From: an uncultured Clostridia bacterium
GTDB lineage: Bacteria > Bacillota > Clostridia > TANB77 > CAG-508
Direction: 5' to 3'
Length of the DNA stretch: 64,000 nucleotides
NCBI GenBank assembly: GCA_949745595.1
Contig: CATJWN010000070.1
Span: forward strand, 54,092-118,091
A program made the translations under genes and the position numbers. Under the pieces are notes generated by a model, which was given only the letters and a program-made list of their open reading frames with translations, ran no database searches and was not told where the DNA came from. This document shows positions 34,693 to 44,740 of this stretch, piece after piece (the first letter of the stretch is position 1; every line of letters begins with the position of its first letter).

Positions 34693-35235
34693 ATGAAAGA
34701 GATTTTTATAGTATTAACATATTCTGGAACAGCTTTGTCAACACTTATTAAGAAGTTTACCAAAGACGAGTTTGCACATGTGTCAATTGCACTTGACGAG
34801 AACTTAGACGAGATGTACAGCTTCGGGAGATTAAATCCATACAATCCATTTATGGCTGGCTTTGTACGAGAAGGATTGCACTGTGCATTTTTTAGACGTT
34901 TTAATAACACAAATGCTGCAATATATTCTTTACAAGTAGAAAATAGTCAATATGATAAAATTAAGAATACAATTAGTATTATGAAAAAATGTAATTCTCC
35001 TTATAAATTTAATATAATAGGACTTTTTGGTGCAGGTTTTAATATTAGAATTAAACAAGAACATTCTTTTTACTGTGCTGAGTTTGTGAAATACTTAATT
35101 GATAAAGCAAAAATAGAAAATGATTTACCAGAAGTTATAAAGCCAGAGGATTTTAAGACTATGAATTTAGAAATGAAATATAAAGGCAAATTACAAGATT
35201 ATGATATATCAAGATATTTAGAAGTAGCAGTGTAA
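34693..35235 (+). CDS. Permuted papain-like (NlpC/P60, YiiX/YebB-like) protein
   Basis: HVSIAL..YSFG N-terminal His and FYCAEFV C-terminal Cys. Confidence 0.6.
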   Translation: MKEIFIVLTYSGTALSTLIKKFTKDEFAHVSIALDENLDEMYSFGRLNPYNPFMAGFVREGLHCAFFRRFNNTNAAIYSLQVENSQYDKIKNTISIMKKCNSPYKFNIIGLFGAGFNIRIKQEHSFYCAEFVKYLIDKAKIENDLPEVIKPEDFKTMNLEMKYKGKLQDYDISRYLEVAV

Positions 35236-35251
35236 AAGCACTGCTATTTTA

Positions 35252-35265
35252 TTACATAAATGTAA
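35252..35265. promoter_or_regulatory. BceR-type operator 2
   Basis: TTACA-TAAA-TGTAA upstream of the response regulator. Confidence 0.65.
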
Positions 35266-35309
35266 GGTAAATTGATGAAAAATATGGTATAATACTGGTG
35301 GAGGTTTTT

Positions 35310-35982
35310 ATGGACAAGATTTTAATAGTAGAAGATGACGAAAAGTTACGTCAAGAGCTAAAAATATTTTTAGAGAAAAATGGTTATGAAGTTTTAATTT
35401 TAGAGAAGTTTGAAAATGCAGTACAAGACATTATAGAAGCTTCAGCAGATTTAATTTTATTAGATATTAATTTACCATACTTAGACGGAGAATATATTTG
35501 CAAGGAAATAAGAAAGGCTAATAATACGCCAATAATAATGGTAACTAGCAGAGATAGTGAACTTGATGAACTAATAAGCTTAAATAATGGTGCAGACCAA
35601 TATGTGACAAAACCATATAATATTCAAATATTACTAGCGAAAATAAGTGCACTACTTAGAAGAGCTAAAGACTTAGAAGTAAATCAAAGTAAAATAAATC
35701 TTCGGAAATTTTGTTTTAAATATATCTAAAAGCCTTATTGAAAATGATAATACAAAAATCGAGCTTACTAAAAACGAATTAAAGATATTACATTATCTAG
35801 TTATGAACAAAGGCAAGATTGTATCAAGGAATGAAATTATGGATTATTTATGGGATAGTGAAAGTTTTATAGATGACAATACTTTGACAGTTAATATGAC
35901 TAGATTAAGAAACAAGCTAGAGCAGATGGATGTAGTTGATTATATTAAAACGAAGAGAGGACAAGGTTATATAGTAGAATGA
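35310..35982 (+). CDS. OmpR-family (BceR/GraR-like) response regulator; +1 shift at CGG 35703-35705; 223 aa
   Basis: Receiver domain in frame 0; winged helix (ELTKNE, DDNTLTVNMTRLRNKL, TKRGQGY) in +1 frame to TGA 35982. Confidence 0.9.
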
Positions 35983-36999
35983 GTTTTAAAGCATTTTTAA
36001 AAGATAAAATAGTGTATATTATATCAATCATTTTAGTAGTAATATCTTATGAAATTTTGTTTATACCTTTTGAGTTTCCAACATACATAAAAATATATGC
36101 TGGATTAATTCCACTAATAGCATTCTCTATTTGTTTTTTTATAGAATACTTTATAAAAAAATCTTATTATAACAACATAAAAGACAAGCTAGAGGAACTA
36201 GAAGAAGCATATTTGTTAACAGAAGTAATAAATACTCCTGATTTTCTTGAAGGGAAACTCTTAAAAGAAATTTTAGAAGAGACTTCAAAGTCCATGTATG
36301 AAAATGTTGCGAAATTTAGATATTTGCAAAACGATTATAAAGAATATATAGAACTTTGGATACATGAAATCAAACTCCCAATAGCTACTCGGAAAAATGA
36401 TTGTTGAAAATAATAAATCTAATATAACAGAAAGTATAAATGAAGAATTAGACAAGATTGATAATTTCACAGAACAAGCACTTTTCTATGCTAGAAGTAG
36501 CACCGTTGAAAAAGATTATTATATAAAGAAAATGAATTTAAAAGAACTTATAAATAGTGTAATTATTAGAAACAAAAAGAATTTAATACAAAATAATATT
36601 AGTGTAGAGCTCAATAACTTAGATATAAATGTTTATTCAGATGCTAAATGGTGCACTTTTATTTTAAATCAAATTATACAAAATTCTGTAAAATACAGCA
36701 GGGAAGATAATAAAAAACTTGAGATTTATGCAAAAGAAAATAGAGAAAATGTTGTATTATTCATTAAAGATAATGGAATCGGAATAAAAGCATCAGAAGT
36801 ATCTAGAGTTTTTGAAAAAGGATTTACTGGAGAAAATGGTAGAAGAAGGGGACAAAAGGCGACAGGTATAGGTCTGTATTTATGTAAAAAGTTATGTGAT
36901 AAACTAAGTTTAGGCTTAGAATTAAAATCAGAGGAAAATGTAAGCACAGAAGTTTCGATAACTTTTCCTAAAAATAGTTTCTTAGAAGATGTAAGATAA
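35979..36999 (+). CDS. BceS/GraS-like sensor histidine kinase; +1 shift at CGG 36390-36392; 339 aa
   Basis: Two TMs, WIHEIKLPIAT then G-KMIVEN; N, D/F and G boxes in downstream frame. Confidence 0.9.
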
Positions 37000-37068
37000 T
37001 GTGTAATTGAAATATATAAGTATTTTGTGGTATAATTATAGTCGATAATTGAAATTAGGAGAGTTAAA

Positions 37069-37377
37069 ATGTACTATACGTATATGCTAAGATGTTCAGA
37101 CAATTCTATTTATACTGGTATGACTAATGATTTAGAAAAAAGATTAAATACACATATGGCTAAAGATAAAGCAGGAGCAAAATATACTAAGTCGCATGAA
37201 GTATTAGGTATGGAAGCAGCTTGGCAAACTAAAGAAAAGAGTTTAGCTTGCAAGCTAGAATATCAGATAAAAACACTTACTAAACAGCAGAAAGAAGATT
37301 TAATAAAAGGTGAGAAGTTATCAGTATATTTTAAAGGTAAGTTAGATTGTAGAAGATATAAAAGAATTATGGAGTAA
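37069..37377 (+). CDS. GIY-YIG nuclease family protein
   Basis: YTYMLRC..YTGMTNDLEKR..H, GAKYT. Confidence 0.88.
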   Translation: MYYTYMLRCSDNSIYTGMTNDLEKRLNTHMAKDKAGAKYTKSHEVLGMEAAWQTKEKSLACKLEYQIKTLTKQQKEDLIKGEKLSVYFKGKLDCRRYKRIME

Positions 37378-37380
37378 AAA

Positions 37381-38076
37381 ATGGATAATAGATTTTCAAG
37401 AACAGAGCTTTTAATAGGAAAAGAAAGTTTAGAAAAATTAAATAAATCAAAAGTTGCATTGTTTGGTATTGGTGGTGTAGGTTCTTATGTAGTAGAAGGC
37501 TTAGCAAGGGCAGGGGTACAAAGCTTTATTTTAGTAGACAAAGACGAAGTAGATATTACTAATATAAACAGACAAATTATTGCAACTACAAAAACAGTTG
37601 GTAGACCTAAAGTAGAAGTAGCAAAGGAACGTATTTTAGAAATAAATCCAGAGGCTAAAGTAGAAATTTATCAAGAATTTTTTATGCCAGAGACAGAAGG
37701 TATTTTAGATGATAGCATAGATTATACAATAGATGCAGTAGACACTGTTACAGCAAAGATAGAGTTAGCAGAAAGAGCAGAAAAATTAAACATTCCTATT
37801 ATATCTAGTATGGGAACAGGTAATAAACTTGATCCAACGAGATTTGAAGTAACAGATATATATAAGACAAGTATGTGTCCACTTGCAAAAGTTATGAGAA
37901 AAGAGTTAAAAGATAGAGGTATAAAGAAACTTAAAGTAGTATATTCAAAAGAAGAGCCTATTAAACAAGAAGAAAGAGGAGTACCAGCAAGTATTTCTTT
38001 TGTACCATCAGTTGCAGGCTTAATTATTGCAGGAGAAGTTATTAAAGATTTAAGTAAAGGTAGAGTAAATGAGTAA
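37381..38076 (+). CDS. tcdA: tRNA threonylcarbamoyladenosine dehydratase (ThiF family)
   Basis: GIGGVGS, TNINRQ, SMGTGNKLDP, CPLAKVMR. Confidence 0.88.
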   Translation: MDNRFSRTELLIGKESLEKLNKSKVALFGIGGVGSYVVEGLARAGVQSFILVDKDEVDITNINRQIIATTKTVGRPKVEVAKERILEINPEAKVEIYQEFFMPETEGILDDSIDYTIDAVDTVTAKIELAERAEKLNIPIISSMGTGNKLDPTRFEVTDIYKTSMCPLAKVMRKELKDRGIKKLKVVYSKEEPIKQEERGVPASISFVPSVAGLIIAGEVIKDLSKGRVNE

Positions 38077-38911
38077 AAGAGAGCTTACAAGAAATCAAAT
38101 AATAGAGCAGAGTATTATTACTACTTACAGAAAAACTATTTGGCACCAGTTTATCAAAGGAATACAAGAGTTTGAAATGGTAAACGAAGGTGATAAAATT
38201 GCAGTTTGTATTTCCGGTGGTAAAGATTCAATGTTACTTGCAAAATGTATGCAAGAATTAAAAAGACATAGAAAAGTAAATTTTGAAGTAGTCTTTATTG
38301 TAATGGATCCTGGATATAATGAGAAGAATAGACAGAAAATTATAGATAATGCAGAGTTATTAGAAATACCAATTACAATATTTAGGTCAGATATATTTGA
38401 TGTAGTAGATAGAATAGATGACAACCCTTGCTATTTATGTGCTAGAATGAGAAGAGGCTTTTTATATGAGAAGGCACAAGAACTAGGTTGTAATAAAATA
38501 GCACTTGGTCACCATTTTGACGATGTAATAGAAACTATACTTATGGGTATGCTATATGGCGCTCAAATGCAAACTATGATGCCTAAACTACATAGCACTA
38601 ACCATAAAGGCATGGAACTTATTAGGCCTTTATATTATGTAAAGGAAGAGGATATTATAAAATGGAAAGATAAGAACGAGTTAGAATTTATACAATGTGC
38701 TTGTAAAATTACAGAAAAAAACAAAGTATCAGAAGACGGGTCTAAAAGATATGAGATGAAAGAACTTATAAAACAACTAAGAAATAAGTATGACAGAGTA
38801 GATTACAATATCTATAACTCTACTAAAAACGTAAATTTAAACACGATTATCTCTTACGAAAAAAATGGAGAAGTACATCATTTTATGGATGATTATGATG
38901 AGAAAATATAA
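38069..38911 (+). CDS. ttcA: TtcA-family tRNA 2-thiocytidine biosynthesis protein
   Basis: SGGKDS PP-loop, CYLCARMRRG, GHHFDD, LIRPL. Confidence 0.8.
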   Translation: MSKRELTRNQIIEQSIITTYRKTIWHQFIKGIQEFEMVNEGDKIAVCISGGKDSMLLAKCMQELKRHRKVNFEVVFIVMDPGYNEKNRQKIIDNAELLEIPITIFRSDIFDVVDRIDDNPCYLCARMRRGFLYEKAQELGCNKIALGHHFDDVIETILMGMLYGAQMQTMMPKLHSTNHKGMELIRPLYYVKEEDIIKWKDKNELEFIQCACKITEKNKVSEDGSKRYEMKELIKQLRNKYDRVDYNIYNSTKNVNLNTIISYEKNGEVHHFMDDYDEKI

Positions 38912-38975
38912 ATTGATATAATGAGAGGGTGAAGTAGTCCAAATGGAGTATATACCCTCTTTAATAATTAATAAA

Positions 38976-38989
38976 TTACAAAACTGTAA
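38976..38989. promoter_or_regulatory. BceR-type operator 3
   Basis: TTACA-AAAC-TGTAA upstream of the BceA-like ATPase. Confidence 0.7.
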
Positions 38990-39073
38990 GATTAGTGAAA
39001 GCAAAAACTATGGTAGTAGAGAAAGAAAAGTTTTACAATAAATTTAGAAAATTTAGGGAAGGAGTTTCTTATA

Positions 39074-39841
39074 ATGGAAAATATATTAGAGGTTAAGAAT
39101 ATCGAGAAATATTATGGGAACAAGTCAAATTTAACAAAAGCTATTGATAATATAAGCTTTAATGTAAAAAGCGGAGAGTTTATTGGTATAATGGGTGCGT
39201 CAGGTTCAGGTAAGACAACACTACTTAATTGCATTTCTACTATCGACAGGGTAACTGCAGGAAGAATAGTTATAAATGGAAAAGATATAACAAAACTAAA
39301 AGGTAATAACTTAAATAAATTTAGAAGAGAAGAGTTAGGCTTTATCTTTCAAGATTTTAATTTATTAGATACTCTAACTTGTTATGAAAATATTGCTCTA
39401 GCACTTACTATACAAAAAGTAAATGTAAATGAGATTGATGAAAGGGTAAGAGATGTAGCTAAAAAACTAGATATAAGAGAAATATTAAATAAATATCCAT
39501 ACCAAGTATCTGGTGGTCAAAAGCAAAGAGTAGCGTCAGCAAGAGCAATTGTTACTAATCCCAAATTAGTTTTAGCAGATGAGCCAACAGGAGCGTTAGA
39601 TTCAAAATCTGCAAAACAACTTTTAGAAACTTTTGAGGCTTTAAATATAAAAATGAAAGCAACTTTGCTTATGGTTACTCACGATCCTTTTTCTGCTAGT
39701 TATGCAAACAGAATTTTATTTATTAAAGATGGTAAAATTTTTAATGAATTATTAAAAGGAACTGATACTAGGAAACAATTCTTTGAGAAGATAATTGAAG
39801 TACAAACACTTCTTGGAGGTGAGCTTAGCGATGTTATTTAA
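39074..39841 (+). CDS. BceA-like ABC ATPase
   Basis: GASGSGKTT, SGGQKQR, ADEPTGALDS, VTHD. Confidence 0.9.
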   Translation: MENILEVKNIEKYYGNKSNLTKAIDNISFNVKSGEFIGIMGASGSGKTTLLNCISTIDRVTAGRIVINGKDITKLKGNNLNKFRREELGFIFQDFNLLDTLTCYENIALALTIQKVNVNEIDERVRDVAKKLDIREILNKYPYQVSGGQKQRVASARAIVTNPKLVLADEPTGALDSKSAKQLLETFEALNIKMKATLLMVTHDPFSASYANRILFIKDGKIFNELLKGTDTRKQFFEKIIEVQTLLGGELSDVI

Positions 39842-41921
39842 GTTATCAATGAAAAATGTCAAAAAGAGTTTTAAAGATTATGCAATATACTTTATAACAT
39901 TAGTGCTAGGTGTTGCAATATTTTATCTTTTTAATTCTTTAGACAGTCAAGAAGCAATGCTTAAAGTATCAGCTTCTACTAAAGAAATTATTAAGCTTAT
40001 GATAGAAATGCTTAGTATGTTATCTATTTTTGTAGCAGTTATTTTAGGACTTTTAATTGTTTATGCTAATAATTTCTTGATTAAACGTAGAAAAAAGGAA
40101 TTTGGAATATATATGACTCTTGGAATGGGCAGAAGACAGATTTCGAAAATAATATTATTAGAAACAATACTTATTGGAGTAATTTCATTAATTATAGGTT
40201 TAGTAGTTGGAATTTTTGGTTCACAATTTATGTCTATATTTGTAGGGAAGCTATTTCAAGCCGATATGAGTGATTTTGAATTTGCCTTTTCACAGTCAGC
40301 TTGTATAAAGACTTGCATATATTTTGCAATAATGTATGTAGCAGTAATATTTTTCAATGCAATTACAATTTCAAGATATAAACTTATTAATTTGCTAACA
40401 GCTATTAGAAAAAATGAAGAAGTTAAAATTAAAAATCCTATTTTATGTATTGTTGTATTTTTAATTGCAGCAATAATACTTGGTTATTGTTATTATAAAG
40501 TAACACTTGGAATAAATACTTTAAATTCAGCAGATAAGATTTTTCCAATAATATTAATGGGAATTATCTCAACAGTTTTGGTTTTCTGGTCTTTATCAGG
40601 TTTTATATTAAAGCTTGTGCAAATGAGAAAGAAAACATACTTAAATGGTACAAATATATTTGTATTAAGACAAATAAATAATAAAATAAATACAACTGTA
40701 ATTAGCATGTCTGTTATTTGTTTAATGTTATTTGTAACAATTACAATTTTATCAACAGCTTTGTCATTGCGAAATTCAATGGAAACAGCTTTGCAAGAAA
40801 TGACATCAGCAGATATAAACTTATATAAGACAGCTAATCTTCCAGAAAGTATTATTAGATATGGAAAAGAAGTTGTTTATTCAGAAGAGGCAAGAGCAGA
40901 TTCAAAACGTAGTGTTGGAGAATCTATGATAGAAGCAGGCTTTGATATGAATAAATTTAAAGACAAAGTAGAAATATCTATTTATGCAATAAATGAAGTA
41001 AATATTGCTTCATCTCTTGGAGAAGAAGTGCTGGCAGAAGCTAAGTCTAAGTATCCAATGATGCTTTACGATACTGCTGAGCCATTAATAAAGGTTTCAG
41101 AATATAATAAAGTTGCTAAACTATATGGAATAGAAGAGTACTCATTATCAGAAAATGAATATATAATGTTATGTGATTTTGGACAGGTGGAGGAGCTTAG
41201 AAATAAAGCATTAGCTTTAGGAGTAAAGGTTAATATAAACGGAAAAGAATATGAACCAAAATATAGAGACTGCAAAGCAGGCTTTGTGCAAATGAATGTT
41301 AGCCAGGTAAATACAGGAATTATCTTAGTACCAGACAGCTGTGATTTAAAAGACGAGCAAAGAGAGCAGTGGCTTTTAGTCGCAAATTATAACGCAAAAA
41401 CAGAAGAGGAAATAGAAGAAATTGAACAAAATTTCACTAGTGCAAGTGATTCTGAACTTTTCAAAACTTTTAAAGAGAGACATATACTAATTGACGGAAT
41501 GACAAAAATAAGTTTGATAGAAAGCAGCTTAGGACTTACAACAATAATATTATTTATAGGTATTTACTTAGGAATAATCTTCCTTATAGCAAGTAGTGCA
41601 ATCTTAGCTTTAAAACAACTTACAGAAAGCTCTGATAATAGACAAAGGTACGTTATTTTAAGGAAAATAGGTTGCGATGAAAAAATGATAAATAATGCTT
41701 TATTTAAGCAAATAGGAATATTCTTTATGATGCCACTACTACTTGCAATAATTCATTCTATTTTCGGAATACAGTTCGGTGTAGGAGTTATGGAAGCATT
41801 AGCAACTAAAGACGAACTAATACCATCAGCAATCGTAACAGTAATTTTAATAGGAATAGTCTATGGAATGTATTTTTTAGCTACATACTATGGTAGTAAA
41901 AATATTATAAAAGAAGACTAG
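39831..41921 (+). CDS. BceB-like FtsX-family permease
   Basis: RRKKEFGIYMTLG, large extracellular loop, LRKIG. Confidence 0.88.
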   Translation: MLFKLSMKNVKKSFKDYAIYFITLVLGVAIFYLFNSLDSQEAMLKVSASTKEIIKLMIEMLSMLSIFVAVILGLLIVYANNFLIKRRKKEFGIYMTLGMGRRQISKIILLETILIGVISLIIGLVVGIFGSQFMSIFVGKLFQADMSDFEFAFSQSACIKTCIYFAIMYVAVIFFNAITISRYKLINLLTAIRKNEEVKIKNPILCIVVFLIAAIILGYCYYKVTLGINTLNSADKIFPIILMGIISTVLVFWSLSGFILKLVQMRKKTYLNGTNIFVLRQINNKINTTVISMSVICLMLFVTITILSTALSLRNSMETALQEMTSADINLYKTANLPESIIRYGKEVVYSEEARADSKRSVGESMIEAGFDMNKFKDKVEISIYAINEVNIASSLGEEVLAEAKSKYPMMLYDTAEPLIKVSEYNKVAKLYGIEEYSLSENEYIMLCDFGQVEELRNKALALGVKVNINGKEYEPKYRDCKAGFVQMNVSQVNTGIILVPDSCDLKDEQREQWLLVANYNAKTEEEIEEIEQNFTSASDSELFKTFKERHILIDGMTKISLIESSLGLTTIILFIGIYLGIIFLIASSAILALKQLTESSDNRQRYVILRKIGCDEKMINNALFKQIGIFFMMPLLLAIIHSIFGIQFGVGVMEALATKDELIPSAIVTVILIGIVYGMYFLATYYGSKNIIKED

Positions 41922-41986
41922 ACAATAAAAAGACCTTTGTGATATAATAACAAAAGGTCTTTTTTGATTGGGACCTATTTTAGGAG

Positions 41987-42604
41987 GTGCAATATATGGT
42001 TATTACAATTAGTAGAGAATTTGGTAGCGGTGGCCGTGAGATTGGCAAGAGATTAGCAGATGCGCTAGGTCTTGCTTATTATGATAGTGAAATAATCACT
42101 ATGATTGCAAAAGAAACTGGAATGAGCGAGGAGTATATTAAAAATATATCAGAAAAAGGTGTGTATCCTTATACTTTTCATTTTGCAAAATCTTTTTTGA
42201 ATTCTTCACCTGTGCCTAATAGTCAAATTGAAGTCTTTGTAAAGCAAAATAAAATAATTAAGGAAATAGCACAAAAAGGAAATTGTGTTATTGTTGGTAG
42301 GGCGGCAAATATTATTTTAAAAGAATACAATACAATTGATTTATTTATATACGCAGATATGAAGTCTAAAATTGAGCGTTGTAAATTGAAAGCAGACGAA
42401 AATGAGAATTTAACAGAAAAAGAAATTGAGAAAAAAATTATTGAGATAAATAAAAATAGAAAGAAATTTCATAATATTATCTCAAATGAAGAGTGGGGAA
42501 AGAAAGAAAATTATGATCTTTGTGTTAATACATCAAGTATTGATATAAAAGATATTATTTCACCACTTAAAAATTATATAGAAAATTGGTTTAGGAGGAA
42601 CTAA
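41987..42604 (+). CDS. Cytidylate kinase-like family protein
   Basis: ITISREFGSGGREIG, VIVGR, YDLCVNTS. Confidence 0.85.
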   Translation: MQYMVITISREFGSGGREIGKRLADALGLAYYDSEIITMIAKETGMSEEYIKNISEKGVYPYTFHFAKSFLNSSPVPNSQIEVFVKQNKIIKEIAQKGNCVIVGRAANIILKEYNTIDLFIYADMKSKIERCKLKADENENLTEKEIEKKIIEINKNRKKFHNIISNEEWGKKENYDLCVNTSSIDIKDIISPLKNYIENWFRRN

Positions 42605-42609
42605 AGAAA

Positions 42610-43941
42610 ATGCAGATACAATTATCAGAACATTTTACATATAAAAAATTAATACGATTTACATTACCAACAATTTTTATGATGATATTCACATCAATTT
42701 ATGGAATAGTAGATGGAATATTTGTATCAAACTTAGTTGGAAGTGATAGTTTTGCAGCAGTAAATTTAACAGTGCCAATACTTATGATTATGGCTTCAGT
42801 AGGTTTTATGTTTGGAACAGGAGGAAGTGCTTTAGTTTCAAAAATACTTGGTGAAGGGGATAAAGAAAAAGCAAACGAGCTTTTTTCTATGCTTACATAT
42901 TTATTGGTTGCAATAGGTGTAGTTTTCACTATAGGTGGGCTAATACTGTTAAGACCAGTAGCAAGTCTTTTAAAAGCAGAAGGAGATATATTAGAAGATT
43001 GTGTTATTTATGGAAGTACACTTATGTTTTCAATGATTCCATTTTTATTACAACACTATTTCCAAAGTTTCCTTATAGTTGCTGAAAAGCCTAATATGGG
43101 CTTAGTAGTTTCACTTTGTGCAGGAATAACAAACATAGTTTTAGATTTTCTATTTATATATGTTTTCAAAATGGGACTATTTGGTGCAGCGATTGCAACT
43201 GCAATTAGCGAGTGTGTTGGTGGAATTGTACCACTTACATTCTTTATTGTTAGCAAGGATAGCCCATTGAAATTAAGAAAAGCAAAATTCGATGGAAAAG
43301 CAGTTTTCCAAACTTGCACAAATGGCTCATCAGAAATGCTTACACATATTTCTTTATCAGCAGTAAATATGTTATATAATTTCCAATTAATGAAATTTAT
43401 AGGTTCAGATGGAGTAGTAGCTTATGGAATTATTATGTATGTGAGTTTTACATTTATAAGTGCTTTCTTAGGATATTCTATAGGTTCAGCACCGATTGTA
43501 AGTTATCATTATGGAGCTGGTAATGTAGATGAACTTAAGAACTTATTAAAAAAGAGTTTAAGATTAGTAATAGGAGCTTCAGTAGTATTAACTATACTTG
43601 CTGAACTTGCTTCAAAACTATTAGCAAGCATATTTGTAAGCTATGACCCAAATTTACTAGAGCTTACAACTAGAGCAATACAGATTTATTCTATTTCTTT
43701 CTTATTTAGTGGATTTAGCATATATGCATCATCTTTCTTTACAGCTTTAAATAATGGAGTGGTTTCAGCAATTATTTCATTTTTAAGAACTTTAGTGTTC
43801 GAAGTTGTTGCAATACTTGTATTGCCGTTGATATTAGGATTAAATGGAATTTGGCTTGCTGTAGTAATTGCAGAGCTTGCGGCAGTAATATTAAGCGCAA
43901 CATTATTATTTGTAAATCGTAAAAAATATCAATATATATAA
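42610..43941 (+). CDS. MATE family efflux transporter
   Basis: IVDGIFVS, NIVLDFLF, about 12 TMs. Confidence 0.9.
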   Translation: MQIQLSEHFTYKKLIRFTLPTIFMMIFTSIYGIVDGIFVSNLVGSDSFAAVNLTVPILMIMASVGFMFGTGGSALVSKILGEGDKEKANELFSMLTYLLVAIGVVFTIGGLILLRPVASLLKAEGDILEDCVIYGSTLMFSMIPFLLQHYFQSFLIVAEKPNMGLVVSLCAGITNIVLDFLFIYVFKMGLFGAAIATAISECVGGIVPLTFFIVSKDSPLKLRKAKFDGKAVFQTCTNGSSEMLTHISLSAVNMLYNFQLMKFIGSDGVVAYGIIMYVSFTFISAFLGYSIGSAPIVSYHYGAGNVDELKNLLKKSLRLVIGASVVLTILAELASKLLASIFVSYDPNLLELTTRAIQIYSISFLFSGFSIYASSFFTALNNGVVSAIISFLRTLVFEVVAILVLPLILGLNGIWLAVVIAELAAVILSATLLFVNRKKYQYI

Positions 43942-43955
43942 GAAAATATATAAGA

Positions 43956-43983
43956 AAGAGGAGATTGTTAAATCTCCTCTTTT
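43956..43983. terminator. Bidirectional terminator
   Basis: AAGAGGAGAT-tgttaa-ATCTCCTCTT. Confidence 0.75.
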
Positions 43984-44641
43984 AAACTACTGGTGTATAT
44001 AGTAAAGTAATTCTTCTACCATCAATTTTTATAAATTTTTCTTCTTTCAAATATTTTAGTTCTCGAAACATAGCAGATCTATTTGTAGAAAGATAATCTG
44101 CTAAGTCTTTAAAGTTACTAGGCAAATATATGAATTTTGAACGAGTTTTTTTATACTCAATTTCAAAATAAGCAAGAAGCTTATCACGAATAGATTTCTG
44201 AGTTAAAATCTTAATCCTATCATTATTATCTTTAAGTCTAGAATGAATAATATCAAAAATATTAAGCATAAATTGGTTATAATAAGCATAACAAGTATTT
44301 TTTGAGTTAACTAATTTATTATAATCTATAACTAAAACTTTAGAAGGTTCGACAGCGCGTATTTGATATTCAGTATCACTAATATTAGAGATATCACTTC
44401 CAAACACACTGTTTTCAATTAGTTCCTCGATTAAATTTTCTTCACCATTATAGTTTATATTAAAGATTTGCGCATAACCTTCTAATAAAATACAAACTAT
44501 ATTTTTGTTTTTTAAAGTTGATAAAATTTCTTCATTTTTATGAAAAGTATAAATGTGAGTTGCTAAAATTTTAAAAAGCCTATTCTTCTGTAATTCGCTT
44601 ATACCAGCAAAAGGGTTTTTCATTTTCATCACCATTACCAT
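43982..44641 (-). CDS. Crp/Fnr family transcriptional regulator
   Basis: cNMP-binding-like domain and C-terminal HTH LADYLSTNRSAMFREL; start codon uncertain. Confidence 0.85.
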   Translation of the reverse strand: MVMVMKMKNPFAGISELQKNRLFKILATHIYTFHKNEEILSTLKNKNIVCILLEGYAQIFNINYNGEENLIEELIENSVFGSDISNISDTEYQIRAVEPSKVLVIDYNKLVNSKNTCYAYYNQFMLNIFDIIHSRLKDNNDRIKILTQKSIRDKLLAYFEIEYKKTRSKFIYLPSNFKDLADYLSTNRSAMFRELKYLKEEKFIKIDGRRITLLYTPVV

Positions 44642-44740
44642 TATATCACAATTGTGTTACAGTTGCAATTGCACCTTTATATATTATTTTTTTATCAGTA
44701 TAATGAGTACAACAAAAACATACACGAAAGGAAAAGATTT

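Noticed and set aside
37069-37377. GIY-YIG gene as a homing endonuclease or intron
   Set aside because: Short stand-alone type with its own RBS, not inside another gene
37381-38911. tcdA, ttcA (and rluA) as the cause of CGG recoding
   Set aside because: Widespread tRNA/rRNA modification genes; nothing in the sequence links them to the sites, and no tRNA gene is in the window
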